Assembly: GCA_963732385.1 (NCBI GenBank)
Contig: CAVSZB010000007.1
Location: 512,001 to 576,000, forward strand
Length of the DNA: 64,000 nucleotides
Source: an uncultured bacterium
GTDB taxonomy: Bacteria > Krumholzibacteriota > Krumholzibacteriia > LZORAL124-64-63
Direction of reading: 5' to 3'
The notes under the pieces were generated by a model. That model searched no databases. It was not told where the DNA came from and was given only the letters and a program-made list of their open reading frames with translations. Shown here piece by piece: positions 48,993 to 58,180 of the stretch. Made by a program: the position numbers and the translations under genes. Every line of letters starts with the position of its first letter. The stretch's first letter is position 1.

Positions 48993-50827
48993 GCGATCCC
49001 CTCCGGATAGAGATCCAGCGCGGCATGCCAGCGACGCAGGCACTCCAGGCGTTCGGCTTCGCGGGCCGGCCACACCAGCGGCCGGCCGCGTCCATCCATG
49101 ATCAATCCCACTTCGCCGCCGTCCAGGTCGGTCTCGAGCAGCGCCCCCGGACCCCGCCCAACATCGAATCCGCGCCCTGGCTCGACCCGCAAGCGCGCCC
49201 GCTCGCCGCGCGCCAGCGGCAACAGCGCAAGGTCCCCCGCCTCCAGGAGCGCCTCCTGCGTGGCGCCTGTCTCCGACTCCAGCGTCACGCGAGCCAGCGG
49301 ACTGCCGGGCCTGGCTGGCGGCCCCACGGGCGCCAGACACGCCCCGAGCGGAATCAGGCAATCGCTCTCCAGCACCTCGCGCGCCGCCTCCGGCTGGACG
49401 CCGCTCAGGACCCCGAGTTGCGGCAGCATGAACACGGAATCCACCGCCAGAAGGGTCAGGCCCTCAGGCAGGAAGGCGTCCACAAGCATGAGTGCGGCCT
49501 GGGCGCGATGCGGCGCGTGCGAAAGCACACCGCCGGATCCGATGAGCAGATCGAGGTCCAGCAGATCTACCAGACTCGCGTCCCGATCGTCCTGCCGGAA
49601 AGCATCGCTGATGCTGCGCCGCCGGCGAACACCCATCAATCCCCGCGTTGCGAAGGCCTGGTGCTGAGCAAAAGCCAGGCGCAGCGCCTCCCGAGCCACC
49701 GCCTGCTCCACGAGCAGATCGCTCAACAGCTGCGGAAGCGTCGTGGGGCGAATCATCTTGTTGAGCAGGAGATCGCGCAGGTCGCGCTCCTCGATCGGCA
49801 ACGGCACCCAGCGTTTCACGTTCGCCAGTCCGGCGCAGCGGAGCACATTTGCCACGCTGTAGCTGAGACCCAGATTCGCGCTGACCGTGCGGTTGAATTG
49901 GCCGCCGAACACCGAGAAGACGTCCGTCGTGGCGCCGCCAATATCCACCGCCAATACGTTGCGCTCCCCGGCAGTCGCGATCGACTGCACCATCTGACCA
50001 ACGGCCGCGGGGGTCGGGATGATCGGATGGTCACACATGGCCATCAGGGCGAGGTAGCCCGGCGCCCTGGCCATGACGTGTTCCAGGAACACATCATGGA
50101 TCTTCTCCCTCGCCGGCCCGAGGTTCTCCCGCTCCAGGACGGGACGCAGGTTGTCGACCATCACGAGATCGACCCGTCCACCGAAGGCGGCGGCGACCGC
50201 CGGCCGCGCATCGACATTGCCGGCATAGACGACCGGCAGTTCACCGGCCCCGCCAAGCCGCGGCCGAGGCTCGGCCGCGACGACCAGTTCCGCCAGCTTG
50301 ATGACGTGGCTGGTGCTGCCACCGTCGACAGCGCCGCTGAGCAGGATCATATCGGGACGCAGTTGCCGGATCCGCTCGATCTGTTCATGGGGACGGCGCG
50401 GGTCGTTGAACGCGATGACATCCATGACGATGGCGCCCGCACCCAGCGCGGCCCGCTCGGCGCTTTCGGCCGTCATGTTCCGCACGACCCCCGCAACCAG
50501 CATCTGCAGACCGCCACCGGCGCTGCTGGTGCAGAGAAAGAGGTCCACGCCCTCGCCATCGCGCGCCGGCCGCAGCAGCGCGCCGGAGACGGGATCGAGC
50601 AGCCTTCGGCCGGACAGTTCGGCTACTTCGGCGATCGCGTTGCGCACCCCGCGCGTAACATCCGCCCAGGGCGCCTCCACGGTCGTCGGCGCTTCACCCC
50701 GGGCGGTCAGACGATAGCGACCGTTGCGACGTTCGACGAGGATCGCCTTCGTGGATGTGGACCCGCAATCGATCACTAATATTGTGCCGTGAACGACGGG
50801 AGACGCGCCGGCGGGGAGCGCGCTCAC
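48989..50827 (-). CDS. GlmL/MutL (glutamate mutase L)-family actin-like ATPase
   Basis: IDCGSTSTKA (phosphate 1), CTSSAGGGL, AERAALGAGA, LLSGAVDGG, PTPAAV, VDIGGATTDVFS (phosphate 2), RTVSANLGL, IGSGGVL (adenosine). Confidence 0.85.
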   Translation of the reverse strand: MSALPAGASPVVHGTILVIDCGSTSTKAILVERRNGRYRLTARGEAPTTVEAPWADVTRGVRNAIAEVAELSGRRLLDPVSGALLRPARDGEGVDLFLCTSSAGGGLQMLVAGVVRNMTAESAERAALGAGAIVMDVIAFNDPRRPHEQIERIRQLRPDMILLSGAVDGGSTSHVIKLAELVVAAEPRPRLGGAGELPVVYAGNVDARPAVAAAFGGRVDLVMVDNLRPVLERENLGPAREKIHDVFLEHVMARAPGYLALMAMCDHPIIPTPAAVGQMVQSIATAGERNVLAVDIGGATTDVFSVFGGQFNRTVSANLGLSYSVANVLRCAGLANVKRWVPLPIEERDLRDLLLNKMIRPTTLPQLLSDLLVEQAVAREALRLAFAQHQAFATRGLMGVRRRRSISDAFRQDDRDASLVDLLDLDLLIGSGGVLSHAPHRAQAALMLVDAFLPEGLTLLAVDSVFMLPQLGVLSGVQPEAAREVLESDCLIPLGACLAPVGPPARPGSPLARVTLESETGATQEALLEAGDLALLPLARGERARLRVEPGRGFDVGRGPGALLETDLDGGEVGLIMDGRGRPLVWPAREAERLECLRRWHAALDLYPEGIA

Positions 50828-51189
50828 TGCGGATTCTCCGGCCTGGCGGCCGGCGCGGACGCCGCCGTTTCGATCAGGCGAAGCAACCGCTCGAGATGCC
50901 CGCGCTCCTCGAAAATCACGGCGAGCCGCTCGAACCGGACCCCCGACGTCAATAGTTGGACGAAGGGGGTCAGCGCGTGCATCGCCTGTGCGCCAACGAA
51001 GGAGAGAGGCCGCAGGCTCTCCAGCCAGAGCACCGCGGGAGTGGCCAATCCGCGCCGCTGCACCGCCAGCGCCAGTTCGGCCAGCAGCAGATCGTCATCG
51101 GCCGCAAGGGTGGCGGGACGCGGCCCGGTCGCGTCGGCAAGCGCCGTCGCGACGGGCAGGGGCAGGGGCTGCGACCGGGGCGTTGTCAC
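50824..51189 (-). CDS. Small hypothetical protein (GlmL-like cluster)
   Basis: GLATPAVLWLESLRPLSFVGAQAM...IFEERGHLERLLRLIE; 4-nt overlaps at both ends. Confidence 0.75.
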   Translation of the reverse strand: MTTPRSQPLPLPVATALADATGPRPATLAADDDLLLAELALAVQRRGLATPAVLWLESLRPLSFVGAQAMHALTPFVQLLTSGVRFERLAVIFEERGHLERLLRLIETAASAPAARPENPQ

Positions 51190-51623
51190 GCGGCATCCCC
51201 CGGCTTCCCGCCCCGACAGAGCAGTCGGCGGGCCAGAATCTCCGCGAGCCGATCCCCCGCCTCGGGACACGGCACCAGCACGGCACGCCAGCGTTCCAGG
51301 GGATGCGGTCGGGCAAAGGGGGTCAGAACCACGGCGCCCCGCACCGGCACGAAGGCCCGGAAGCGATCCCATGGCCAGCGACGGCGCCACAGCCCGTAAT
51401 CGGCTTCGACCCCAGCGCCATCGAGACGCCAGCGCGTGGGGAAGTAGAACGGCCAGAGCGAGACCAGCAGCAGCAGAGCCCCCAGCCCGGTGAGTGCGAA
51501 CGTCCGCGCCCAGACGTGCACAAGCCCCAGCGCCGCGAGACTCACGCCCAGACCGGCCATTCCCCGCGCCCGCTGGCGCCGAAAAGGGTGTGTCGTCCAT
51601 GACAATTCGTCCGGGTCATCCAT
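51186..51623 (-). CDS. Small membrane protein (2 TM plus PH-like beta domain; GlmL-like cluster)
   Basis: LSWTTHP, two TMs, PFYFPTRWRLDGAGV...RRWPWDRF; AGGAG RBS. Confidence 0.75.
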   Translation of the reverse strand: MDDPDELSWTTHPFRRQRARGMAGLGVSLAALGLVHVWARTFALTGLGALLLLVSLWPFYFPTRWRLDGAGVEADYGLWRRRWPWDRFRAFVPVRGAVVLTPFARPHPLERWRAVLVPCPEAGDRLAEILARRLLCRGGKPGDAA

Positions 51624-51677
51624 GCCACTCCTGCCGACGTCCGCCGGGTGATGCTCCGTGCGGCCGCCAGCGTAGAT

Positions 51678-51705
51678 ACATCGCGAATCCCGCCCGCGGC
51701 TTGAG
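51678..51705 (-). promoter_or_regulatory. sigma-28-like promoter motif heading the GlmL-like cluster
   Basis: CTCAAG-N14-CGCGATGT about 55 nt upstream of ATG 51623. Confidence 0.5.
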
Positions 51706-51730
51706 CGTCGCGCGGCGCGGCGCCGCCTCC

Positions 51731-53389
51731 CTAGCCCAGCGCCCGCAGGTGATCCGCAATCAGGTCGAGGTCGCGCCACCCGCCCGCCAGCGTGCGCCAG
51801 GCCTCCGCCGGCGCCAGGCTCGCCACCGCGGGCGCGGCCTGCGCCAGTTGCGCCTCATCCGCCGGATCCACCTGACCGAGAGCGCACTGCAGGGCCCCCC
51901 GCCGTACCGTTGCCAACGCCTGCCGCGCGCATTGGCGGCTCATCGCAACGCGCGCGTCCGCGTCGGCCGCCCCGGCGTCCGCTTCGGCGGCGGTCAGCCT
52001 GCAGAAAGAGCCCGCGACCTCCGCCGCCGTGGCCATGTCGGCGAGCGTGAACTGAGCGATCTGGTGTTTCGTCGCACCCGACGCGTGGCAATGCAGGATC
52101 GCCTCGCCCAGCGTACGCAGCGCGCCTGCCGCAAAACCGGCGCCCACCTCCGGTCGCCGCGCATGCAACGCGTCGAGCACGGCCGCAGCCTCGCGGTAGA
52201 AGGCCCCCCTGGAGCGAACCGCCTCCTTCCAGCGGAACAGCCCGATGATGACCTGCTGGATCTCGCTGGTGCCCTCGTAGATGCTCGTGATGCGCACGTC
52301 GCGCCGGATCTTCTCGACCATGTATTCGCGGGTGTAGCCGTAGCCGCCGAACGCCTGCAGCGCGGCGTCGGCTGCACGGTTGCCGGCCTCGGTGCACCAG
52401 AGTTTGGCGATCGACCCCTCCACCTGCAGGTCATGCTCGCCCGAGTCGATGCGCAGCGCCACCTCCCGAACGTACGCCCTGCCGGCCGCGAGATCGATCC
52501 AGTTCGGCACGAGCAGCTTGTGAGTGTACCCCTGCTTTTCGATCAGCGGCGAGCCGAACTGGATGCGCGAACGGGCGTACGCCAGCGCCCGGTCGAGGGC
52601 CATCTGCCCCGCACCGAGCCCGAATGCGCCCACCATCAGTCGCGTGTAGCCGAAGACGGCATTGGCCTGCCTCAGCCCCCGCCCCTCCTCGATACCGATC
52701 AACTGATCCGCCGGCACGAGCACATCCTCGAGCAGGACACTGGTGGTGTTGGAGGCCCGGATGCCGTGCTTGTCCTCCTGCCTGCCGACCGACACGCCCG
52801 GCGTATCCCGCTCCACCACGAAAAAGCTCGGCCCGGCGGGAGCCTGTGCCAGGATCGTGTAGATCTGCGCCACCCCGCCGTTGGTGATGAACTGCTTGGC
52901 GCCGTTGAGACGATAGTGCGTGATCGCGCCCCCCGGATCGCGCACCGGCTCGGCGCGCGTCTGGAGAGCCGCCACGTTGCTGCCGGCCGCAGGTTCGGTC
53001 ACCCCGTAGGCGACGATCATCCCCTCGCTGGCGATGCGCGACAACCAGCGCGACTTCTGTTCCGGCGTCCCCCCCACGATGATCGGATCGGTGCCGAGAC
53101 AGATGGCCAGAAACGCCGTGGCAACGCCCAGATCGATGCCCGCCATCTCTTCCGAGACGAGACAGATGTCGCGCGCGCCGCCGCCGAGTCCGCCCACCGA
53201 TTCCGGAAGGAAGAGCAGGTGGAGCCCCACGTCGGGCGAGAGCAAAGTGCGAATGAATTCTTCCGGGAAGGTCTCGGCCTGATCGAGGGCCAGAACCCGC
53301 TCATCGGGAAGATCGCGCTTTACCACCTGGCGCAGCGTCTGCACCACCATGTCGCACATTTCGGGAGTCAGTCCGGCGAGCGTGGTCAT
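51731..53389 (-). CDS. Acyl-CoA dehydrogenase with C-terminal extension
   Basis: YGVTEPAAGSN, LNGAKQFITNG, EDKHGIRASNT, RIQFG, FGGYGY and IYEGTSEIQ motifs. Start ATG 53389 or TTG 53431. Confidence 0.93.
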   Translation of the reverse strand: MTTLAGLTPEMCDMVVQTLRQVVKRDLPDERVLALDQAETFPEEFIRTLLSPDVGLHLLFLPESVGGLGGGARDICLVSEEMAGIDLGVATAFLAICLGTDPIIVGGTPEQKSRWLSRIASEGMIVAYGVTEPAAGSNVAALQTRAEPVRDPGGAITHYRLNGAKQFITNGGVAQIYTILAQAPAGPSFFVVERDTPGVSVGRQEDKHGIRASNTTSVLLEDVLVPADQLIGIEEGRGLRQANAVFGYTRLMVGAFGLGAGQMALDRALAYARSRIQFGSPLIEKQGYTHKLLVPNWIDLAAGRAYVREVALRIDSGEHDLQVEGSIAKLWCTEAGNRAADAALQAFGGYGYTREYMVEKIRRDVRITSIYEGTSEIQQVIIGLFRWKEAVRSRGAFYREAAAVLDALHARRPEVGAGFAAGALRTLGEAILHCHASGATKHQIAQFTLADMATAAEVAGSFCRLTAAEADAGAADADARVAMSRQCARQALATVRRGALQCALGQVDPADEAQLAQAAPAVASLAPAEAWRTLAGGWRDLDLIADHLRALG

Positions 53390-53427
53390 CAGGCGTCGGC
53401 TCCTTTTCGCATCAGAACGGAGTGAAT

Positions 53428-54366
53428 TCAACTCGCGAAGGGGTCACCCGGCAGCGTGATCCGCCCCTCGCCCACGACGAGACAGCGCCCACCCACCTGG
53501 ATCAGGCTGGCCTGGCCGTTCTCGATCTCGGCCTCGACGATCAGTCGGCTCGGACGACCCATCTCGAGTCCCTGTTCGCCGACGAGCCGCAGGTGAGGCT
53601 CCATGACCACCAGTCTGTGTTTGATCAGATAGGCCGCCAGCGCGCCCATGGCCGCGCCGCTGGCGGGATCCTCCGGGATGCCGAAGTGCGGCGCGAACAT
53701 CCGACAGTGCACGTCGGCGTCCTCGGCCTCGGTCTCGCAGGTGAACACGAACAGATCGCCAAAGCCGAGATCGGCGGCTATGGCTTCGGTTTCCGCCTCG
53801 TGCGGCACGATGCTCTGCACCGCGGCCAGCGAGCCGATCGGTACGATGTGGATCGGCAGGCCGGTCGAGATCACCTCGCACGGCAGCCCGGTGATGGCGA
53901 GCTCCTCGACCGGCAGGCCGAGCGCGCGCGCCACCCGGTCCCGATGGTAGTAGCAGCCGAGGAAAACCGGCGGGTTGTGCACCAGACTATACAGCGGGCT
54001 GCCCCCTTCGTCCCGGATCAATACCGGGAAATACCCCGCCTCGAGCTCCCACTCGCACAACGTGCGATCGCCGCTGCGCGCGAGCAGCCCGAGGTGGTCG
54101 AGCGCGCAGGCGGCACCGAGCACCGAATGCCCCGCGAAAGGGATCTCCACGCGCGGAGTGAAGATGCGCAGCGCCGACCAGTTCTGCCGCCGCTGTCGGC
54201 TCGGCAGCACGAACGCGGTTTCGCCACATCCCATCTCGCCGGCGATGGCCTGCATCAGGCCGCTTGAAAGCCCTTCGCCCCGCGGAAATAGAGTGAGGCG
54301 ACTGCCCCCGAAGGGACGGTCCGTGAAGACATCGAGCTGCAGGTAATCCAACCGAAGCAAAGTCAC
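53428..54366 (-). CDS. PhzF-family isomerase/epimerase
   Basis: QLDVFTDRPFGG, ETAFV, RIFTPRVEIPFAGH, EDPASGAA and QGLEMGRPS motifs. Confidence 0.92.
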   Translation of the reverse strand: MTLLRLDYLQLDVFTDRPFGGSRLTLFPRGEGLSSGLMQAIAGEMGCGETAFVLPSRQRRQNWSALRIFTPRVEIPFAGHSVLGAACALDHLGLLARSGDRTLCEWELEAGYFPVLIRDEGGSPLYSLVHNPPVFLGCYYHRDRVARALGLPVEELAITGLPCEVISTGLPIHIVPIGSLAAVQSIVPHEAETEAIAADLGFGDLFVFTCETEAEDADVHCRMFAPHFGIPEDPASGAAMGALAAYLIKHRLVVMEPHLRLVGEQGLEMGRPSRLIVEAEIENGQASLIQVGGRCLVVGEGRITLPGDPFAS

Positions 54367-54413
54367 GCCCCTCCCGGAACGACTGCAGCGCCACCCCGAC
54401 CGTCAACTGCCGG

Positions 54414-54442
54414 ATGATATCCGCAGGAACGGAAGCGGGCAA
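54414..54442 (-). promoter_or_regulatory. Candidate sigma-70 promoter for PhzF-family/ACAD pair
   Basis: TTGCCC - 17 nt - TATCAT. Confidence 0.55.
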
Positions 54443-54462
54443 GCTCCCTCCGCCCGGACGTC

Positions 54463-54837
54463 TCAGTCAATCGCCACGAGCGCGGCGGCCCAGTCACCGG
54501 CCCGCGCGAGCGAGAGGTGGGCCGACCTGCCCCCCATCGCCTCCAGGGAGCCCGCCGCGGTCCCGCGCAGCCGTAACACCGGCGCTCGCCCCGCGGCCTC
54601 GTCCACCTCGATCGCCGACAGCGGCACGCCGGCAGCCGCCGCACCGAGCGCCTTGAGGAAAGCCTCCTTGGCTGCCCAGATTCCGGCCAGCGCCGCCGCC
54701 TCGTCGCCGACATTCCCGTTCCCCGCTCCACCCAGCTCTGCCGCACTGAATACCCGGTCCCGGAAGCGGGAACCGTGGCGCCGCAGGAGCGCTCCCACGC
54801 GGGAGATTTCGACGAGGTCTGCGCCCAGTCCCAGCAA
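54463..54837 (-). CDS. acpS: Holo-[acyl-carrier-protein] synthase
   Basis: GLGADLVEISR, WAAKEAFLKALG and HLSLA motifs; TTG 54837 after AGGGGG. Confidence 0.88.
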   Translation of the reverse strand: MLGLGADLVEISRVGALLRRHGSRFRDRVFSAAELGGAGNGNVGDEAAALAGIWAAKEAFLKALGAAAAGVPLSAIEVDEAAGRAPVLRLRGTAAGSLEAMGGRSAHLSLARAGDWAAALVAID

Positions 54838-54845
54838 GCGGCCCC

Positions 54846-55532
54846 CTAGTACGCGCCCTTGCGCTCGATGACCGCAGGCAGGGTACGGCCCAGGATCCAG
54901 AAGTCGAAGCCGAGGCTGCGGCGACGGACGTACTCGATATCGAGTGCCATCCACTCCCCGAAATCGAGCTGGCTGCGTCCCGAGATCTGCCACAGACAGG
55001 TCAGCCCCGGCTTGACCAGCAGACGCGCGGCCTGACGCGGCGTGTACTGCGCGACCTCGTCCGGGATCTGAGGCCGAGGTCCGACGATCGACATCTCGCC
55101 CCGCAGCACGTTGAACAGCTGAGGAAATTCGTCGAGACTGCTGCGCCGGATGAACCGGCCGACGCCGGTGATGCGCGGATCGTCCTTGATCTTGAAGGCG
55201 GCGCCGGACGCTTCGTTTAGAAACGAGATGTCCCGCTTGCGCGCCTCGGCGTCGCTCACCATGGAGCGGAATTTCCAGCAGGTGAACCGGCGCCCATACC
55301 GACCTACACGCTCCTGGCGGAAGAAGATCGGGCCCGCCGTGTCGAGCCGGATCAGGATGACCAGGAACGGAAATAGCGGCAGGAGCAGCAGCAGTCCGCC
55401 GAGGGCGGCCGTCAGATCGAACAGCCGCTTGCCCGCATGGAACCGGAATGTGTCGGCGAGCGGCAAATCGCCAGCCGCGTCGCCCAGGAAGGCCTTGAAA
55501 CCGCCCTGCGCCGCGAACAGGTCGTCCCTCAT
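54846..55532 (-). CDS. Bacterial sugar transferase (polyprenyl-phosphate glycosylphosphotransferase)
   Basis: KRLFD, KFRSM, DDPRITGVG, SLDEFPQLFNVLRGEMSIVGPRP and KPGLT motifs. Confidence 0.93.
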   Translation of the reverse strand: MRDDLFAAQGGFKAFLGDAAGDLPLADTFRFHAGKRLFDLTAALGGLLLLLPLFPFLVILIRLDTAGPIFFRQERVGRYGRRFTCWKFRSMVSDAEARKRDISFLNEASGAAFKIKDDPRITGVGRFIRRSSLDEFPQLFNVLRGEMSIVGPRPQIPDEVAQYTPRQAARLLVKPGLTCLWQISGRSQLDFGEWMALDIEYVRRRSLGFDFWILGRTLPAVIERKGAY

Positions 55533-57121
55533 GGCCGTCCGCCCGCCGCAGGCGGGTCGCGCCGCCATTCCATCACCCGCACGCCTGGAAACCACTGCTC
55601 TTCCACCACGTGAGCCTCGGCCGACAGGGCGGCCGGCAAGCGCCCGTCGGGATCGATCTCCCAGGCGCGCGCCAACACCAGGAAGCCGTGGGAAGCCCCG
55701 GCCATGCGGGCCGTCAGATACGCGCGCGCGGTCGCGGCATCTGCGACCGGCCGCGTTTCCCACATCGGCACGACGCGTCCCGGTCCCTGCTCATAGAGGT
55801 TCCAGACCCGGGTGATCACCGGCACGATCACCGGATCGCCCGGCTCGGCCCGCCCTCCGACCCAGACCGCCGCGTCGCGCACATCCTCCTTCGCGTAGCG
55901 GACATCGCCGTGATATCCCCAGAGCGACCAGAGGCAGAGCCCGCACAGCAGAAAACCCCCCGCCCGTCCCAGACGCCGCGGCAACCCCTCCAGTCCGCGA
56001 GCCGCGACCAGCAGCACCAGCGGGAAGGTGGCGGCCAGGTAGCGCGGGTTGAACGGTTTGACGTTTTGCAGCGCCAGCAGACTGATCGCCACCGTTGGCA
56101 GAACGATCCAGATCGCCAGCAAGATTCCTGTCCGACGGCCGAGACGCGAGATCCCGGCGGTCAGCACCAACGCGGCGGCGGCGGCAGCGGCGGCCAGCAC
56201 CGGCCAGTGCGCCCGCACAGCCGCCAAGCGGTCCGCATGGTGCAATTCCGCCAGCGACGGGCCGAGGCTGTAGCCAAACAGGAACGCGAAGAGAGTGAAC
56301 GGCAGCGCCAGGGGGGTGAAAGTCGTCTCCCCCCGCAGCGCCGTGCCGGCAGCCACCCCCGGCACCAGCCGGTCCACCGCGAGAATGCCCGCGGCCCGCA
56401 ACAGCCACGGCAGCGCACCAAGCATCACCAGAGTGAAGGCGACCACCCAGAGCCAGCGCACGCGCGCGCCCCGGGGCCGCACCACGATCACGACTGCAGC
56501 GGCCTGCGCCCCGATCAGGAACAGCCCCGACAGGTTGCTCCACACCATCGCGGCCGTCGCCAGCGCATAGCCCACCGCCCGTCCGCCGCGCGGCGCTTCA
56601 GCGAGCCGCAGGAATGCCAGCGTGGACACGATCGCGAAGAGAATCAGGAAGCTGTAGCCCCGCGCCTCCTGGCTGTACCAGAGGTGGAACGGACTGACGG
56701 CCAGCAACAACGCCAGCAAACGCCCGGTGCGCGCTCCGCACAGCCGTCGGCCGAGCAGTCCGGCCAGCGGCACCGCCAGCAGTCCGGCCAGCGCTGCCGG
56801 CGCCCGGAGCCAGAATTCCGACAGACCGAACTTCCGCGCGAGCGGCCACACCGACGCGAGATAGAGCGGCCCCTGGATTTCGTCGAGCAGCTGGCGACCG
56901 AACAACAGCCCCGCGTCCGGGCGAATCATCGCCCAGGTCATCTCCTCATCGACCCAGAGCGGCTGCCAGCCGAGGTGATAGAACCGCACGGCGGCCGCGA
57001 GCAGCGTGACCAGCAACAGGAAACCGGCGCTGATCTCCTCTTTGTCCTGCGACACGCGCTCGGGGTGGAGCCAGGCCGGATCGGGCACCCAGGCGGAATC
57101 GGCGCGCCTCCGGCTCCTCAT
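55529..57121 (-). CDS. GT-C fold membrane glycosyltransferase (GT39/ArnT-like)
   Basis: LWVDE, GPLY, EFWLRAP and WYSQEARGY motifs with many TMs. Confidence 0.85.
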   Translation of the reverse strand: MRSRRRADSAWVPDPAWLHPERVSQDKEEISAGFLLLVTLLAAAVRFYHLGWQPLWVDEEMTWAMIRPDAGLLFGRQLLDEIQGPLYLASVWPLARKFGLSEFWLRAPAALAGLLAVPLAGLLGRRLCGARTGRLLALLLAVSPFHLWYSQEARGYSFLILFAIVSTLAFLRLAEAPRGGRAVGYALATAAMVWSNLSGLFLIGAQAAAVVIVVRPRGARVRWLWVVAFTLVMLGALPWLLRAAGILAVDRLVPGVAAGTALRGETTFTPLALPFTLFAFLFGYSLGPSLAELHHADRLAAVRAHWPVLAAAAAAAALVLTAGISRLGRRTGILLAIWIVLPTVAISLLALQNVKPFNPRYLAATFPLVLLVAARGLEGLPRRLGRAGGFLLCGLCLWSLWGYHGDVRYAKEDVRDAAVWVGGRAEPGDPVIVPVITRVWNLYEQGPGRVVPMWETRPVADAATARAYLTARMAGASHGFLVLARAWEIDPDGRLPAALSAEAHVVEEQWFPGVRVMEWRRDPPAAGGRP

Positions 57122-58158
57122 GCCCGCCCCTCCCGCCTGTCCGAAGGGGCACCAGCGTCGGCGTCGTCTGCATCGACCAGCAAAGCGTGCAGCAGGGGCA
57201 CCATGATCTCGTGGTGGCCGGTCAACGGGATCGCATCGCCGCCGAGCGCGGCGGGGCGCTGCAGCACATTTTCGCGCGGACGGTAGTGCTGCAGCATGTC
57301 GAGATTGGCGGTCGTCAACTGGCGGGGACGACAGCCGAGATTGCGCGCGACCGTGTAGGCCTTCAGAAAAACCTCCGGCATGACCACGGCCGAGCCGAGA
57401 TTGACCACCACACCGACCGGTTCCAGGCCGCGCGTCACCTCGGCCAGCACGCGGAAATCGCGCATGGTCAATTCGCCGATGGCCGCCCCGTCGGCACCGG
57501 GCTGCTGGTGGATGATGTCCGTGCCGAGCGCGACATGCACCGTGCACGGGATGTCGCGCCGCCAGGCTCCGTACAGCAGGCTCCGGTCACGATGGGGCGC
57601 CGCTGCGCGCTCGAGATGCCGGGCGACGCCCTCGCCCATGCCACAGCCTTCTGCGCAGGCTTCGCGGTAGGCCGCAAAGAAGAAGTCGCCGGTTTCGGCG
57701 ACCATGCCAAAGCTGCCGTCTTCGAGATTCCGCGCCACATCCTCGCTTGTGCGGCCGAACAACGCCGTTTCCACGTCGTGAATGGAGGCCGAGCCGTTCA
57801 TCGCCACGGCCGAGAGGTATCCGCGGTCCATCAGGTCGATGAGGTAGGGCGCCAGACCGGTCTTGACGACATGCCCGCCGAGCAGCCAGAGAATGACGCG
57901 GCGATCACGCCGGGCCTCCCGCAGCCGGGCCACGAGCAGACGCAGATTATCCGCGGCCAGCAACCGGGGCAGACGATCGAGCCAGCGGCTCCACGCGCCC
58001 CCCCCGTCGCCCGGCGCGGCCAGGCGACCGAAGTCGTCGACGGACACCTTGTTCAGGCGCGCCTGGAACGGGAGCCGCCGCACTCCGTCCAGATCGACTT
58101 CCGGCCAGCCGCGCCGCGGCAAACCGCGCGACGATCCTTCGTTTCCCGATGACGACAC
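57118..58158 (-). CDS. Deoxyhypusine-synthase-like protein (non-canonical)
   Basis: LGGHVVKTGL, AMNGSASIHD, GSFGMVAETG, VHVALGTDIIH and GSAVVMPEVFLK; GTG 58158 after GGAGGA (ORF extends to 58179). Confidence 0.65.
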   Translation of the reverse strand: MSSSGNEGSSRGLPRRGWPEVDLDGVRRLPFQARLNKVSVDDFGRLAAPGDGGGAWSRWLDRLPRLLAADNLRLLVARLREARRDRRVILWLLGGHVVKTGLAPYLIDLMDRGYLSAVAMNGSASIHDVETALFGRTSEDVARNLEDGSFGMVAETGDFFFAAYREACAEGCGMGEGVARHLERAAAPHRDRSLLYGAWRRDIPCTVHVALGTDIIHQQPGADGAAIGELTMRDFRVLAEVTRGLEPVGVVVNLGSAVVMPEVFLKAYTVARNLGCRPRQLTTANLDMLQHYRPRENVLQRPAALGGDAIPLTGHHEIMVPLLHALLVDADDADAGAPSDRREGRA

Positions 58159-58180
58159 GGATTCCTCCCGAAGGCGCACC

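Noticed and set aside
48989..50827. Functional glutamate mutase locus, or DNA mismatch-repair MutL
   Set aside because: No B12-binding or catalytic mutase subunit is nearby, and the motifs are ASKHA-type, not the GHKL-type of repair MutL.
51731..54366. PhzF-family and acyl-CoA dehydrogenase as a phenazine cluster or as part of the GlmL-like operon
   Set aside because: No other phz genes are present; a 107-nt gap with its own promoter motif separates them from the cluster. A functional link is not excluded.
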